NCBI RefSeq assembly: GCF_001194135.2
Contig: NC_068989.1
Span: 38,356,138 to 38,420,137, forward strand
Length of the DNA stretch: 64,000 bases
Direction: 5' to 3'
Source of the DNA: Octopus bimaculoides
Taxonomy: Eukaryota
The translations under genes and the position numbers were made by a program. Positions 38,291 through 51,563 of this stretch are shown here, piece after piece (within the stretch, counting starts at the first letter, position 1; each line of letters begins with the position of its first letter). The notes under the pieces were generated by a model. That model did no database searches and was not told where the DNA came from. It saw only the letters and a list, made by a program, of their open reading frames with translations.

Positions 38291-40108
38291 TGATGCAAAT
38301 GTTTCTAAAATGAGGGTAAACTTTGTTTCTCATACTGAAGACCACTTAGGTCTAGTTTTTGACTCTGAATAAAAGAACCCCACTATTTGAACTGTACTTT
38401 CATGCAGTTAAAGATTTGATGATTGGTGCAGATATCTGCTGTATAGGACTTTAAGAGTTAATCTATCATCTGCACTTTAACTTCTCATCTCTCTGTCCCC
38501 TGTCCTCTTAACCTCCCCTGTTCTCCCTCTCTCCTGTCAACTGTAAGACGCTCTGTTTCCTCTCAATCATGCTCTCACTTCCTTCTTACTCTTCTCTTCA
38601 CTGTTTTGGTAATGTTGTATCTAATGAACAGAAGACACTGCAGTGTTGATTTTTTAATGTTGCAGTTTAGAACACAGCCTCAGTAGTGCTGGTGTCATCA
38701 TAAAATGCATCTAGAACACTCTGTAAGATGCTTACCAAAGGATCATAGAAAATGGTTGTGAGTACTCTTCCGTCAGTCCAAAGATACTACTGCTTCAATG
38801 GAAACATGTTTTTTATGAAAACATATCCAGACTAGGGTATGATATTACCTTACTTAGAAACAGGTGGAGGTTAGTGAGCATTTATGCATAGAGTGTCTGT
38901 CTCAACAAATCTCAACAAATCCCACCTGACCTTGCGAGTATGGAAAAATAGACATTAAAATAATGATGATGATGATATATAAAAAGTATATATTACTAAA
39001 ATGTTGATAAATCAATCTTATATTTGTAAAAATAAGAAAATATATTTAATAATACGACTTACTTTGGTTGCTACTTCTGCTATAGGAAATATGTAACTCA
39101 TATGTGTGTTTGTGTGTCTATAAATATGTAAGTCATATGACAATAGTATGTACGAATGTGTATATGTTGGCATATATGTAGGGTGCTTGAGGGAAGATAA
39201 AATATAAATGAATACCAAATATTTCTATTTGTAATATTTTTCCTTTTTGCTAATTTGTTGAAGCTGATTTACTTGAGCATTTGGATTTAGAGAGCAAAAA
39301 GTTGTTTTTCTTTTTAGTTAACATTTCAATTGAGTTTTTGGCTATATTTTATGAAGTAAATAGTATCAAAATGGATTAGATTTGATATTATATAGGGAAA
39401 GGGTTAAATATACAACTATTTCAGCAATGCATAATATTTTGTTTATGACTATTCTTTCTTTTTTCTAATAATTTTTATATGAAAGATTTCTTTCACATTG
39501 ACTTTATCTATCTTCATAACAATTTTACTATGTCTGTGTGGTTAAGACGTTTGCTTTGCAACCACATAGATAGGTAAGTATCCTTTATTATGGCCTCAGG
39601 CTCACCACTGTTGTGTAAGTGGAATTGGTACATTGGAAAAGGCAAATAAAAAGTCCATCCATCCAGCCAGCCATACATGCATAGATAGATAAGAAAATTA
39701 AGGATAAACTGTTTCTATTTGTGTTTCACCTTTATGGTTGTTATAACATATATAAAAATATACATTATATGTGTGTATGTTTCTTCTGCTTGTCTTAGTA
39801 TTGTACATTTCATTAAAACAAGATCACTGTCCATGCCATGGTGTCATTGCATTGATCACAGTCTGCCATAAAAACAAGTTTGACCATTGAGCTGTTCAAT
39901 GTTAAGAGAGAAAGGGAAGATATTACCTTACTTTGTAACGGGTTGGAGTTGTAGAAACATTACCTCAGTGATTTTTGTTTGACCCATGCCAGCTTAGAAA
40001 AATGGACATTAAAACAGTGATGATTTTGATGATGCTGTATCATTAAATCTTAGTTTAACTAACCCATAAAGAAAATAAAAATTTAGAATTTCAGTTGATG
40101 AGACAATA

Positions 40109-40247
40109 GGTGCAAAAATGGCTGCATGGTTAAGAAGATTACTTCCTAACCATGGGAACAACATATTGGCAATTGTCTTCTACTATAGACCTGGGTTATA
40201 CAAAGTCTTGTGAGTGGGTTTGGTTCACAGAAGTTAAAAGAAGCTTG

Positions 40248-40298
<51 letters not shown>

Positions 40299-40930
40299 TA
40301 GTAATATGACCTACATTTATGGCAGCTAATTCCTCCCTTTGACCAGTGGGGTTAAGAAGTTAGTCTGAGCTATTTTTAGAACGATACTACCATGTGGTTG
40401 AATAAACAAATACATAAAAAACAAATTTTTTTCAGTTGGAATTATTTTCCATTTCAAAGAAATCAAATGCCCTGATGAAGCCCTTGATGGATTATAGCAT
40501 CATGATGCACTAAATGATGCAGAGGATGCACTTTGATAGCGGTAGAAATGTTATGTAGGTGGAAATAGAAGAACATAGATGACTATATAATGAAGAATAT
40601 TCTCTATTCTTTGTTTTCCTTAAACTGATTCATTACACACACACACACACATATACGTGTGTGTGAATGAGTGTGCCATTATCTTGACATTATAGGATAG
40701 TTGTAAATGAGGCTCACTGTTAATAAAGCAATAGTGTTCATTTCCGGTTTCCTGTGAGAAAGCCTGTCTGGCCATGGGGAAATGCTACTTGTTTGGGAAT
40801 AGGGGAGGGTTGGTGACAGGAAGAGCATCTGGTTGTACAAAATCAACCTCAAAAAATTCTATCTGACCTATGCAAGCAAGGAAAATGGATGTTAAAATGA
40901 TGATGATGTTAATGATAATGATGATGATGA
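40109..40930 (+). mobile_element. SINE family A (RTE-type tail) interrupted at its internal microsatellite by a 340-bp insert
   Basis: Seen: head and central domain 40109-40249, (TA)n 40250-40295, foreign sequence 40296-40634, then (CA) spacer and normal tail ending (GAT)n at ~40930. Confidence 0.7.
40296..40634 (+). mobile_element. PLE-type pLTR relic with degenerate hammerhead core (40468-40561)
   Basis: Seen: TGCC-CTGATGA (40472-40478)-AGCC...GGTA-GAAA (40545-40548)-TGTTATGTA-GGTG. The insert is bounded by microsatellites. PLE origin is inference. Confidence 0.45.
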
Positions 40931-41424
40931 GGAATTTATGAAACTAAGGCGATAAAAGTCTTGGCTCCCTAGAAAATAAAGACCTGAATTAATTTGTCAA
41001 TATCTAAAATTTTGAGCTTAATGCAACAACATTAAAAGGCAGAATCAAAACAAAATCTGTGTGTCCTCAGTACCTGAGGATCAAGATACTTTTGTAGTCC
41101 CATCCATCACTATCTAATAGATATAATAGATGGGATGAAATTTCTGTAGCCCTGTACATCTGCATCTAGAGTTAAGGAAGGTACACCATTCCCTCTTCCT
41201 CCTCTAGCTATACTTCTGAGCAAAATGTTATATGAGAAGTGTAAGAATATGCAAGAGATTTCCAAGCATCACTGTATAGTTTTGAGATTGTATGTTCCAT
41301 ATTAGAGTTACATTCAGAAATAGAAAATTCAATTCCTCTCTGCATTTTAGGAACAAGCAAGAAGAGAACTTAAGGACTATGTAGATGAGTACCAGCTTCT
41401 GGAATTCATCTCCTGTTAAATACT

Positions 41425-42280
41425 AACAGGCTTGCTTCCTAATCACATGGTCCTGGGTTCAGTCCCACTTAGGGCAGGTGTCTTCTATGATAGCCTTGGG
41501 CTGATCAAAACCTTTGGATTTAGTAGATGAAAACTGAAAGAAACCTGTCATATATATATGCACGTGTGTGTGGATGTGCATGTGTTTGTGTCTTCATGTC
41601 TGTATTTATCTCCCACCATCGCTTGAGAACCAGTATGTTCACAGTCTGGCTCTTCACCATAAAGTGCCCATATTTTGGTTGAGTCCCTCTAGCTTTACAC
41701 CCCGTCATGTGACAGACTAGCCAAGTGCACTCCACTCAGCTTTATAAAGGAAGTTTTTCCTGCTGTTTCTTTAGTGAGGTAGATTTTGTATGAGTGAGTT
41801 CAGGTCTTTGGCAGAAAGCAAGTTTTATTTCATAGGCTGCCTCAGCTAACTTTTGCTGTGTACATTGTTCCTGTCCATCAGCAGAAGTTATGTCTTGTAT
41901 GTGTTTTTCTTATTCTGTCCAGCATACATCATCATTATGTGCCATCTGCATGTTAAACTATTGTGTATATATTCTGACTATTCCTTCAAGATGTATCTCT
42001 ACAGCTTTTTAACAGGTTGAATAAATCATTGTACTTAATCCTGGTCTCTTCATTCTTCTTTATCTCTACACACAGCCTTACTCATTTATGAATTCAACCT
42101 TCAGCCACTAAAGTGTGTTTACATCCCCACAACTTAGTGGTTTGGCAAAAGGTATCAATAGAATAAGTACCAGGCTTAAAAAGTACTGGCATCAATTCAT
42201 TTAATTAAAAGATCTTCAAAATGGTGCTCCAGCATCTCCACACTCTGATGCCTGAAACAAGTAAAAGATAAAAGATAAGC
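41425..42280 (+). mobile_element. SINE family A (CORE tail) split by a ~470-bp minus-strand RTE-like fragment (~41640-42110)
   Basis: Seen: SINE sequence stops after accatcgcttgagaaccagt and resumes at gtgtgtttacatccccacaacttagtggtttggcaaaag...tgaaacaagtaaaagataaaag. The intervening DNA gives broken K/E/C-rich RTE linker-like peptides. Confidence 0.65.
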
Positions 42281-42992
42281 TTTTGATGAAGAGCATTGAA
42301 TCTAGCATTGAGTCATAATTCAGCATCAGTGAAGCTCACTTAAACATACACTTCATATAGCTTCCTAGCAAACACCAGGGCTGTGGCAGAATTCCACATA
42401 TATTGATGGGTTGCCATGTTCATAACTCTGGTGAGTAGTTCTATCAATGTCAATTCTTGCTTTACTAAAGTAATCTACAGTTTTACATAAATAGCATACA
42501 ATGACAAAGACTAGTAAATCTAAATTGATTTAAGAAAATATCATGTATGTGAATGCACATACACAAACATGTGTGTGTGTGGTTGTCTGTGTGCATGTTA
42601 AAAATACTTCCAAGAAACATGGTTTATATATAAAAGCACTGCAGTAATATGTAAATCAATGTAAAACCAGAATAACTTCCCCCATACATTCTATGCATGA
42701 AAATTATGTTTAACTTTTGTAACTGAATATAAAGTTATTATGACATTTATCTAACTGCCTATATAATTACTATAAAATGAATGTAAATATCTTGCTTATA
42801 TAGGCATAGTTATGAAATTTGATTCATAAGTATGTGGTTTCTGATTCCATTCTGTAGCATCTTCAGGAAATGACTTCTACCATAAGTCACCCAATGTTTT
42901 GGGAGTAAATTTTAGTTGACAGAAAATATGTTGGAGAATGTTGGAGGGATTATTCCCATTCCTGGGTTGCAGTCTTAATCACCCAGTTTAAC

Positions 42993-43062
42993 ATGGGGGA
43001 ATTTAGCAGAGTCATCTTGGGGGAATTTAGAAAAGTTGTCATGGAGGAATTTAGTAGTCACC
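42993..43062. repeat. 24-bp minisatellite x3 (core GG(G/A)GGAATTTAG)
   Basis: Seen: atgggggaatttagcagagtcatc / ttgggggaatttagaaaagttgtc / atggaggaatttagtagtcacc. Confidence 0.8.
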
Positions 43063-44819
43063 TCTGTTCCAAGCATGTGAGCTAGGTCTCTGATTTGTGG
43101 ATAACTTTCTCCTTTCCTCCCACCAGTCTTGGAAGCCCTAAACATGCTCATAGAAACTTTCATTCTCTCACTGAACAAAATTCTTAGCAGCATTTTGCTT
43201 GTCTTTACATTCTGAGTTCAAATTTTCAGTTTCTATTATATGCATTGACTTTTAAAGGCAATGCATATATTAAACATTTAATGGACAAGAGCAAAATAGT
43301 GAACAGTAGAGTGCTAACTATAAAACATCTGGTGTTGCAATAATTTTCCTTATAGTATGCACGAAATATGTTAATTAAATACCTAATAATGTGACCAAAA
43401 ACTTGGTTAATAACTATCTTTTGTGCAAGACATTGAGCTAATCTATTGCAGGTCCATATATCTTTATCTCACATACATCGAAGAGAGCCTTTGCAGGGTC
43501 ACTGTACCTTGTAGAATCAGCAGCCTTATTCCCTTACTTGTTGTCTTTGATAACCCCACAAAAATAAGGTTGTCAAAGTTAGTATGTCTTTAATCATATG
43601 CCTCCTCAGTGAGGGTTTACCTGTAGCTAAAAAAAGCAAGAGAGTAGTCTCTGAGGGATGATTCAATGGCAGAGTGTAATGTAGAAAACAGGTTCGAAAT
43701 ACAAAGGTAATATGTTCTTTTTTCACTGTTACTGACTTATCGATATAAAATAGAAGTTGTTCTTCCAATTGAATCTGGATGTTTTCATTTGTAAGGTGGT
43801 AATACTAATATTTATCTTAGCTCAATCATTTATAGAGCTAAGTAGTGACATAAGGATTCTAAGCTTTCAGTTCCTTTCTTTTAGGTTTTGAAGCCTGAAA
43901 GGCATGCAGGACCATAAAATAGGAGCTGGATATTTAACCCATACATGTACATGATGGGCATCAATTCATACCTGCATACCAATTGAACTTTTTGATGTGT
44001 GTCTGAGGACTAGGCTTTGTTAGAGTGAATCCTGCATAACAATAACCTTGTATTGTATTGTACATCAGATACATTTATTGAGTTTATGGAAAAAACTTAC
44101 TGAAGGATCAGAAGTCAGCTGGTACCATAATGATGAAACATCAGCCTCAAAGAACATATTTGAATAATTAGTACAATTCATTCCAAGACCAAGCATCCTA
44201 TTCTAACATCGAAATATTTGTGTAAAATTGTTAAACACATATCAAGATATTAATGACAATATACATGCCAAATTTTTCTCAGTCATTTCCAATAAATTTG
44301 AGTTTATTTGTATGGGAAAGACTAGTTATTTAATGATAAATTGTTTTCTAATCTCAAAATTAAGTGACATTACTTTTTAACACAATGGAGTTAATACAAT
44401 AATCTCCTGAGATATTATTTTGTCACTTAAAAACTCTGCTGTAATACCTCATCAAGCAATCACTATTAGCTGCAAGAAGTAGTTTAACATTTAACTGATG
44501 ATCAATGATCTTCCTATGTTAAACAGTGTGTTACTGAAGACACTTGGAATTTATCTTTCCTTATTTACCTATTATTTAACATATTTGAGAAGTTAGATAC
44601 TTTCTTATCTGCCTGTCATGCAAGACTGATTGTCACACAAGTAATGCAATATTCTTCCTCATCTCTGCTATCTTACATTGTCTTAGAGACCCTGAATTTT
44701 CTATCCAACAACAGATTACATTTGCTTATCTGAAGCAATTTTAAAATAAAATGAAATTGGCTCATAGTGAATTTAAAATTATAATGGCAAATGTAGACTT
44801 AATTTCTTGAAAGCTGCTT

Positions 44820-45960
44820 CTCTAATTAGTTATTTTACCATTCAAAATCAGTAGGAGACCTTTTGTGGTGCTATTTGTGTGAAACTTAGTATAAATGTTT
44901 TTTCCAGTTAGTTGAGGCAAAAACAGCATTTGTAACCCTTTATCTTTGGGCTGCCTCTGAGACTGGTGGTAAAGAAAAGGTGTGACTTTATCCTCAAATC
45001 TGAGATTAGGTTTGAATGCTTGCAATGCAGTGTATTCCAGCACTGCAGGCACCAAAAATCAGACGGTCATATAAGACTGGATAATAATTCAAGTTTGCAC
45101 CCCAAAATTCCACTAGCAAGAGAATTTAATGACATAGAAACTATAAATATGAATAGTGCTATATAAAAGTTTGCTGCATAAAATAAAATAGTGTTGTGTT
45201 CCATTAAGATACTTACATCAGTCTCCATAACATGAATTTATCTGATCAGGTGGGTCAACAAGAGATTTAAGTTGAGACTGTCCCAATGGTGTTGTATTTG
45301 GATTCATTTGTTCTGTTTTTTTTTGTTTATAAATAAAAGGTAATTGTTCTGTTAATAAGTGCTTGTGGTTATAATAGTATGAATATACAATTCCTCTATG
45401 ACGAGAATTCAACTTTGAATATAATGGGACATAAGTAAATACTACAAGACATTTTGTCTGAACTCTACAGATTCTGCCAGCCATACCCTTCTTACCATTT
45501 TTAACATTGTTTTTCATTGTAGTCATCATCATCATTATCCTTAAATCATCATTAGTATCATCATTTATGCATGTTTTTTTCCTGATTTCCTGAGTTGAAC
45601 AAGTATTCTCCAAAGCAGTCTCTTCTTTACCTTCTTTACTCTGAATATGTTTACTCTGAATATAATCAATCTATACTAGTTGTTACTTAGATGTTATTTA
45701 CAATGTCTTTAATAATATATCATTCTACATATTGCATTTATCCATAATATCTACCATATGTGATAGATATCTACCAAGGGTGGTGGATTCACTGCATCAC
45801 CAGGTTTGCCACCATCTTCTGGGCCTTGGGCATCTTTATCAGAGGTCGCTTCATTGCAAGTACATAAATTAGGTTTCTACTTTGACGATTCACACCTTCC
45901 TTCCTTCTACAGGTCTTGGAGGTCTTATAACAAGTCATGGGAATTGACCGTCTATCCTAA
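44820..45960 (-). mobile_element. Heavily decayed RTE LINE (RT to C-terminal region)
   Basis: Minus: LEYTALQAFKPNLRFEDKVTP resembles RTE LExFHxRCLRxILxIxWEDKVTN; upstream pieces are only loosely RT-like. Many stops. Confidence 0.4.
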
Positions 45961-47039
45961 TTAAGCAATAAAATAAGTAACCTGAAAGCTTACCACATTT
46001 ATTACATTATCTACAGCATATTGTGCTTATTATAACACTGGAAAATAACATGCCTTCCAGTAATTTTGCTCCTAATTCATGTAATGTTTATATTATATAA
46101 ATTACATACGTATATAATCTGTCATTGTGTATAAATGGGATGACATCATCTGATATATTCTTTCCTCTTCCTTTTACAGAAAGAAAGACTAATATTTATA
46201 AAATAGTGAGAGAAAAACGGAAAAAATTAGTGAAATAACTTTGAACATTTATAAGAAAGGTGGAAATAAATTTATAACTTCTGTACTTCTATAATATTTG
46301 TTACCAGATATTATAAAGTGGGACATGTGAAAATACATTGCCTTGCTAGATAAACAATATTTTCTTTATTTCTTTAAAATCATAATTGCTGTTAGAATAT
46401 TGTTATGGCAGTAAATGCTAGACTGGCAGGTGGCAGTTACAAAGAAGTGAATTTAAGTTTATAGATGGACACAAGATATAGGGGGAAATGGTGTCTGCAG
46501 CAAATGAAAGCTGTAAGCTATGAGTTTTGATCAAAGTTGTTATTCAAAATGAACAATAAATGCAACTTTTTTATTAAAATATATCAAATGGAATTTTAAG
46601 ATTTTACTCTAATCTTAAAAGGATCCAAAAAAGTTGTTTAACTTTTCTATTACATCGATAGATATCTGCATTAGCATCATTATATAGGATTTATCATATA
46701 TTTATCAAAGCAATTACAATATCAAGGTAGTTATGCATAATGTTTACATAACAATTGCTACTTATCATCTTTATCATAGTAGTTGATATTTTTCTTTTAT
46801 CAAAAGTAACTCCATATCATATTTCCTCATAGAAGCTACCGTATTATATTCAACTGTAACACTTATTATATAGCACTCTCTTCTAAAGTCATTCTATCTT
46901 GAAAACTTACTAATTTCAATATTGTTGTTGTTGTTATTAAACATCAACAAAATGTATGAGAAGCCGTATTCATTCTATTCATTTTTGTTGTTGTTGCTGT
47001 TGTCTCTGTAGATTTCAAGTTATATTACAATTCAATGGC

Positions 47040-47580
47040 TTTCACTGCTAAACTGTCTCCTGCTTATTGGCTATTATTATGTCATGGTTCTAGAACATTC
47101 AGAAGCCAATTTTAGACCGTGTGTCTCCAACCATTCATGCAAAGCAGTTTAGGATGGCTGCCAAAACTGAAATTCCTTTAAAATTCATTATTGTGTTTCT
47201 GAAACTTATAAATACAACTTCCAATCCAGTTCCATGCTCCCCCGCCTCTTCCTTTTCTTTCCTAACCACTTCTCTTTCCGCTGTAGTTTCCTTTTCAGAG
47301 GAAATTTGCTATTAAAGAGATTCCATCCTTTGCCTATTTCACAATTAGCTCATGTCAAGACTCCATTGATAGAATCTCAAGATCGAGAAGCAAGCCATTG
47401 CCATTCAGAGCTGCCAAAAAGCTTGTATCTTGCTACTAACTTTTCTACTGTAAAATCTGACAGTTTCTTTTGTCAATCTACCTTTGTAAACACTTGACAA
47501 CTCATTTTCTATCTGGCAAGAAATAGAGGCATCACAATTTCTAGGCATCTATTAGTTTGTTATGGTAGTTAACTCATTAA
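47040..47580 (-). mobile_element. Possible decayed RTE C-terminal fragment
   Basis: Minus: ENELSSVYKGR...EWQWLASRS...KRKLQRK loosely follows RTE YGEL..G.R..GR...WExLAxDR...KRxxRK. Weak. Confidence 0.3.
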
Positions 47581-48013
47581 ACCAACACTGTTGAGAGTAA
47601 TGACCATTGCCACAGTTATGACAAACAAAATACATAAAGCTACATGATATAGCTGCATGGTAAGAGTTAGAGTTTTGTTTAGCAAATATGTATTACTGGG
47701 GTTCAATTCCAGTGGGAAGTATCCCTGGTAATGAGTATCTTTTGATGTTGCCTCAGCTTGATTGGAGCTTTGTGAGTGGAATTTGAAGGAAACTATGCAA
47801 AAACCTGTTAGATTTATGTATAAATTATTATCATTAAAATTTTTTACTTCTGAGAGTACTTGGTTGATTCTGTGAGAGAAGACAGCAGCCTGTTGTCAGA
47901 GGTCTTACAGGGTCTCTTTCAACACATTATAAGCTTTGGTTGTTAATTATCATGGAAGATATTCAACACTCAAGTACCAATCTCAAAATCTGAGCTCAAT
48001 TATTATTGCTGTA

Positions 48014-48215
48014 GGTGCAGGGATGGCTGTGTGGTAAGAAACTTGTTCCTGGCCACATGGCTCTGAGTTCATTCCCACTGCGTGGAACCTTGGGCAAGTG
48101 TCTTCTACTATAGCCACAGGCCAACCAAAGCCTTGTGAGTGGGTTTGGAAGACGGAAACTGAAAGAAGCCTGTCATAAATGTATGTATGTCTGTGTGTGT
48201 GTGTGTGTGTGTGTG

Positions 48216-48255
<40 letters not shown>

Positions 48256-48468
48256 TTTGTATCTGTGTTGATCTTCCACTGCCACCTGACAACCAGTGTT
48301 GGTGTGTTTATGCATCTGTAACTTAGCGGTTTGGTAAAAGACACAGAGAGAATAAATACCAGGCTTAAAACAAAAGTATTGGGGTTGTTTTGTTCAATTA
48401 AAAGTTTTTGAAGGCAGTGCCCCAGCATGGCTGTAGTCTAATGACTGAAACAAGTAAAAGATAAAAGA
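48014..48468 (+). mobile_element. Well-preserved full-length SINE family A (CORE-type tail)
   Basis: Seen: A box tggctgtgtgg, B box gagttcattccc, central ccaaagccttgtgagtgggtttggaagacggaaactgaaagaagcc, (TG)n spacer, and tail ending gactgaaacaagtaaaagataaaag. Confidence 0.9.
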
Positions 48469-48864
48469 TTATTATTATTGTATATCTATAACACACACAA
48501 ACAGTGCTTTATTGATATCTGCCAGGATATTTTAATCTTTTTTCTTTTAATTTTATATATATATATATGAGATTGTGTATTAGAAATAGAATTTTAGACA
48601 GTATCTTACATTTGTACTTGGCTTCTCTTATATCTAGGTCAAATTTTGCTTCCATTCTTCTCCATATAAGTCCCAGACATTGTAAGTGGGAATGAAAAGC
48701 CTTGAATATTAAGTGTTCCAGCATGGCCATGGTAATGTCACTGATACCAGTTAGAATAAAAGAAAAGTATGCTGTTAGTTTGTTAGAATGTTTAGTGTTA
48801 TGAATGGCATGGAAATCCAATAAACGGTAAACAAAGATAAAGATAGTGTGTCCTCTGGTGTTGG

Positions 48865-49017
48865 GTGGCCAGACATGGCTGTGTGGTTGAAAAGCTTGCT
48901 TCTGAAACTAGGTGATTTTGAGTTTAGTCCCACGGCATGGTAACTTGGGCAAGATGGTAGCCTTGAACCAACCAAAATGTGAGTGAATTTTGTCGATGGA
49001 AACTGATAGAAGCCCCT

Positions 49018-49020
<3 letters not shown>
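48865..49020 (+). mobile_element. SINE family A head followed by (TG)n
   Basis: Seen: atggctgtgtggttgaaaagcttgc...gagtttagtcccacggcatggtaacttgggcaag...gatggaaactgatagaagccc. Confidence 0.7.
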
Positions 49021-49065
<45 letters not shown>

Positions 49066-49368
49066 TGTGTGTGTGTGTGTATGTGTGTGTGTATGTGTGT
49101 GTGTGTGCATATATATATATGAAAAGAGAGAGAGAGAGAGGTATACTGTCATATTTAGTACGTTCATTTACTGCAAAAATTGTCTCAGGAGAAAAGATTT
49201 CCCTTATATATGGGAAAACACTCCATTGGGCTTTGAATGATGTCATCAGACTGAAGGATGCAAGCAATTCTGTGTCAGTGGTATCAGTTATGGATATAAA
49301 GTTGTCATTATTTATCAAGCTGGAATTAATTATATAGAGGTGTACTAAGTACTATTGAAAGAAATATA

Positions 49369-50612
49369 CACTGAAAAATATGGAGTGCATGAGGTGGTTC
49401 ACAAAAGCCATTGACACCTGTGCCCACACCCTGAGGAAAGCTGCCTCCAGTTCCACACAAGCTGTTGGCCTTGGGACCACCTAGTTCAGCCATCCCTGGA
49501 TTTCATCCCATAGCTGTTCAGTTGGATTCAGATCTGGGCTGAGAGCTGGCCACAGCATGGTTCTGATGTTGTTCTGATGCAGGAAGTCTACAGTGACTCT
49601 GACCATGTGGGGGTGGGGAGCATTGTCCTGCTGGAATACGTGGCTATGATGACACGTGAAGAAGGGCACGATATGAGGTCTTAGGATCTGGTCAATGTAG
49701 TGCCGTGATGCCATTCCCTCTGCCTGCACCAACATTTTGGAACATATGGGGCCCATTTCTCTAATTCAGGCCTATAACACCCCAAACCATGATGCATTGG
49801 CCACCCCATGCATCTGTCTCCATGACACGTGTCTCAGTAGTGTTCATCCCTCCTATGCCATACCCTCATTCTGCCATCTTAGGGGGAAATGCAGTACCGG
49901 CTCTCGTCAGAGAAGACTATTGACCTCCCTTGTTGATGCTGCCAATGTTGGTACTGTGTAGTCCATTGTAGTCTTACCTGATGTTGGTGGGTGGTGAGGA
50001 CAAGCCCTTGAGCAGGACGATGGCAACGCAGGTTGTTGGCAGCCAGTAGACGTCATACTGTGTCATTGCTGATGGGTCGCTGTCATGCTGGCTGGTCTGA
50101 AATGATCACGGTGGTGTTGCAGGTGGATAAAGTGATCCTGCCGGTGCATGGTCGCCCAGGTGCGCCCTCTGCAAGCACAGTCTGCAGTGCTGTTGGTATT
50201 GTATTGCTGTTGGACAGTGTAAGCTTTTGCAACAACCAGGGCATGCTGCCTTGCTTACAATTGGCTGATAGCTTGTTCTCTCTGTGCCACTGACAATCCG
50301 GTCATACCTGATGTGTCCAAATTACGAAAGCCAGGAATGCGGTTCAAGTAGATTTTTATACCCATAGCCTACACGAGATGCACATGCTTTTTGGTTTTCA
50401 TGACAATTGTTTGCAACTGTCACCCACAGCATTCAACGCAGCTGTGCTTTGATGTCTCATTTCAGAGAAAGTTGAATGGTTGCCTACAATTTGGGTCTCA
50501 GCCATATACCAGCATGTCTTGGAATATTTACTTACATACCCGAAATAAATTTTCAGAATTTACCATATAAAAAAGGCATTTGAAAAAATCGCATTTCTTT
50601 TGCGGTTCAGTG
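49369..50612 (-). mobile_element. Near-full-length Tc1-like transposon (~1.24 kb) with disrupted transposase (ATG at 50305), flanked by TA
   Basis: Seen: MTGLSVAQREQAI..., VFSDESRY (D1), FQQDNA (D2), WPALSPDLNPTEQLWDE (E). Termini are TA|CACTGAA at both ends (49367-49375; 50606-50614). Multiple stops and frameshifts; the right TIR is mostly deleted. Confidence 0.92.
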
Positions 50613-50789
50613 TAGATGTGTACAATTATATTTAACAAGTTTGTGTACCCTTAGATATGGAAATCATAGGCGATTTGTGAGAAAACAAACAACTGGGCTA
50701 TGAATGATATCATCAAACCATACAGTGCACGCATTTCTTAATTGTTGCACCTCGTCAGCTATGGTTACCAAGCTGTCCATCATATTCAC

Positions 50790-51030
50790 TAAGAACAGAT
50801 TGTTCTTATCTATGTGTATACCCTTGTACTGACATCATACAAGGGTTGTAAACAAGCCTCACTGTCATACAAGTGACAGTGTTTGTTTCCAGTTTTCTGT
50901 GAAGAACATGTTGGGCCATGGGGAAATATTAACTTGCTTGGAAGCAAGTGAGCATTGGCAACAGGAAGGGCATCTAGCCATAGGAAATCTACTTCATTAA
51001 ATTCTATCTGAAGGGAACATTAAAACAATG
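50790..51030 (+). mobile_element. SINE family A RTE-type tail fragment
   Basis: Seen: ggccatggggaaatattaacttgcttgg...gcaacaggaagggcatctagcc...taaaacaatgat. Confidence 0.6.
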
Positions 51031-51532
51031 ATAGCTTTTAAGCTTGTCTGACACCATGGTGAAGAAAGAAAACTTATATGGATGTAAATTCTATCTTGAC
51101 TTAAATGAGAAGGAGGTAAATTATTCTGATAACTTTTCTTTTGCATTGAGATGGATTTATTATCTGTCATTTTGAAAACTATGATACTAAAGGATGACAA
51201 AATCTCCTTGCACAATTTGTGGGGACATCAATATCAACTCATTAGTTTCATATTAAGATAATTATTATTGAAATACCTGAAAACTTTTGATTAATGTTTC
51301 TGTGTGACAGATTCATACATATTTCGTTAATTCATTTTCTATTTTAAAGGTATAACAAATAAATACTACCATGACTTTTGTCCTTTTTTAGTTTTAGATA
51401 ATTTCTTTCAATATATCATAAAGGATTTGTTATACTGTTTCCCCTCAAAGTTGACTTCAGCAGAATACGAATTCAGAATGTTATGATGGGCAAAATAGTG
51501 CTAACTATTTCACTGCCAGCTTACCACCTTCC

Positions 51533-51563
<31 letters not shown>

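Noticed and set aside
38335-38360. CTGAAGACC-ACTTA-GGTC hairpin (also CTGATGA at ~2332 and CTGAAGA at 9880)
   Set aside because: No downstream GAAA or cleavage triplet; 7-mer cores are expected by chance in 64 kb.
42993-43062. CRISPR-like or telomere-like array
   Set aside because: Three contiguous degenerate 24-bp units without unique spacers in animal DNA; not TTAGGG repeats.
47380-47515. IQ-like motif SKIQAFW after an acceptor-like site on minus
   Set aside because: It is followed immediately by a stop, lacks the RG residues, and the context loosely fits an RTE C-terminus.
48014-48090. tRNA genes suggested by A/B boxes
   Set aside because: These are SINE heads; there is no complete cloverleaf and they continue into SINE bodies.
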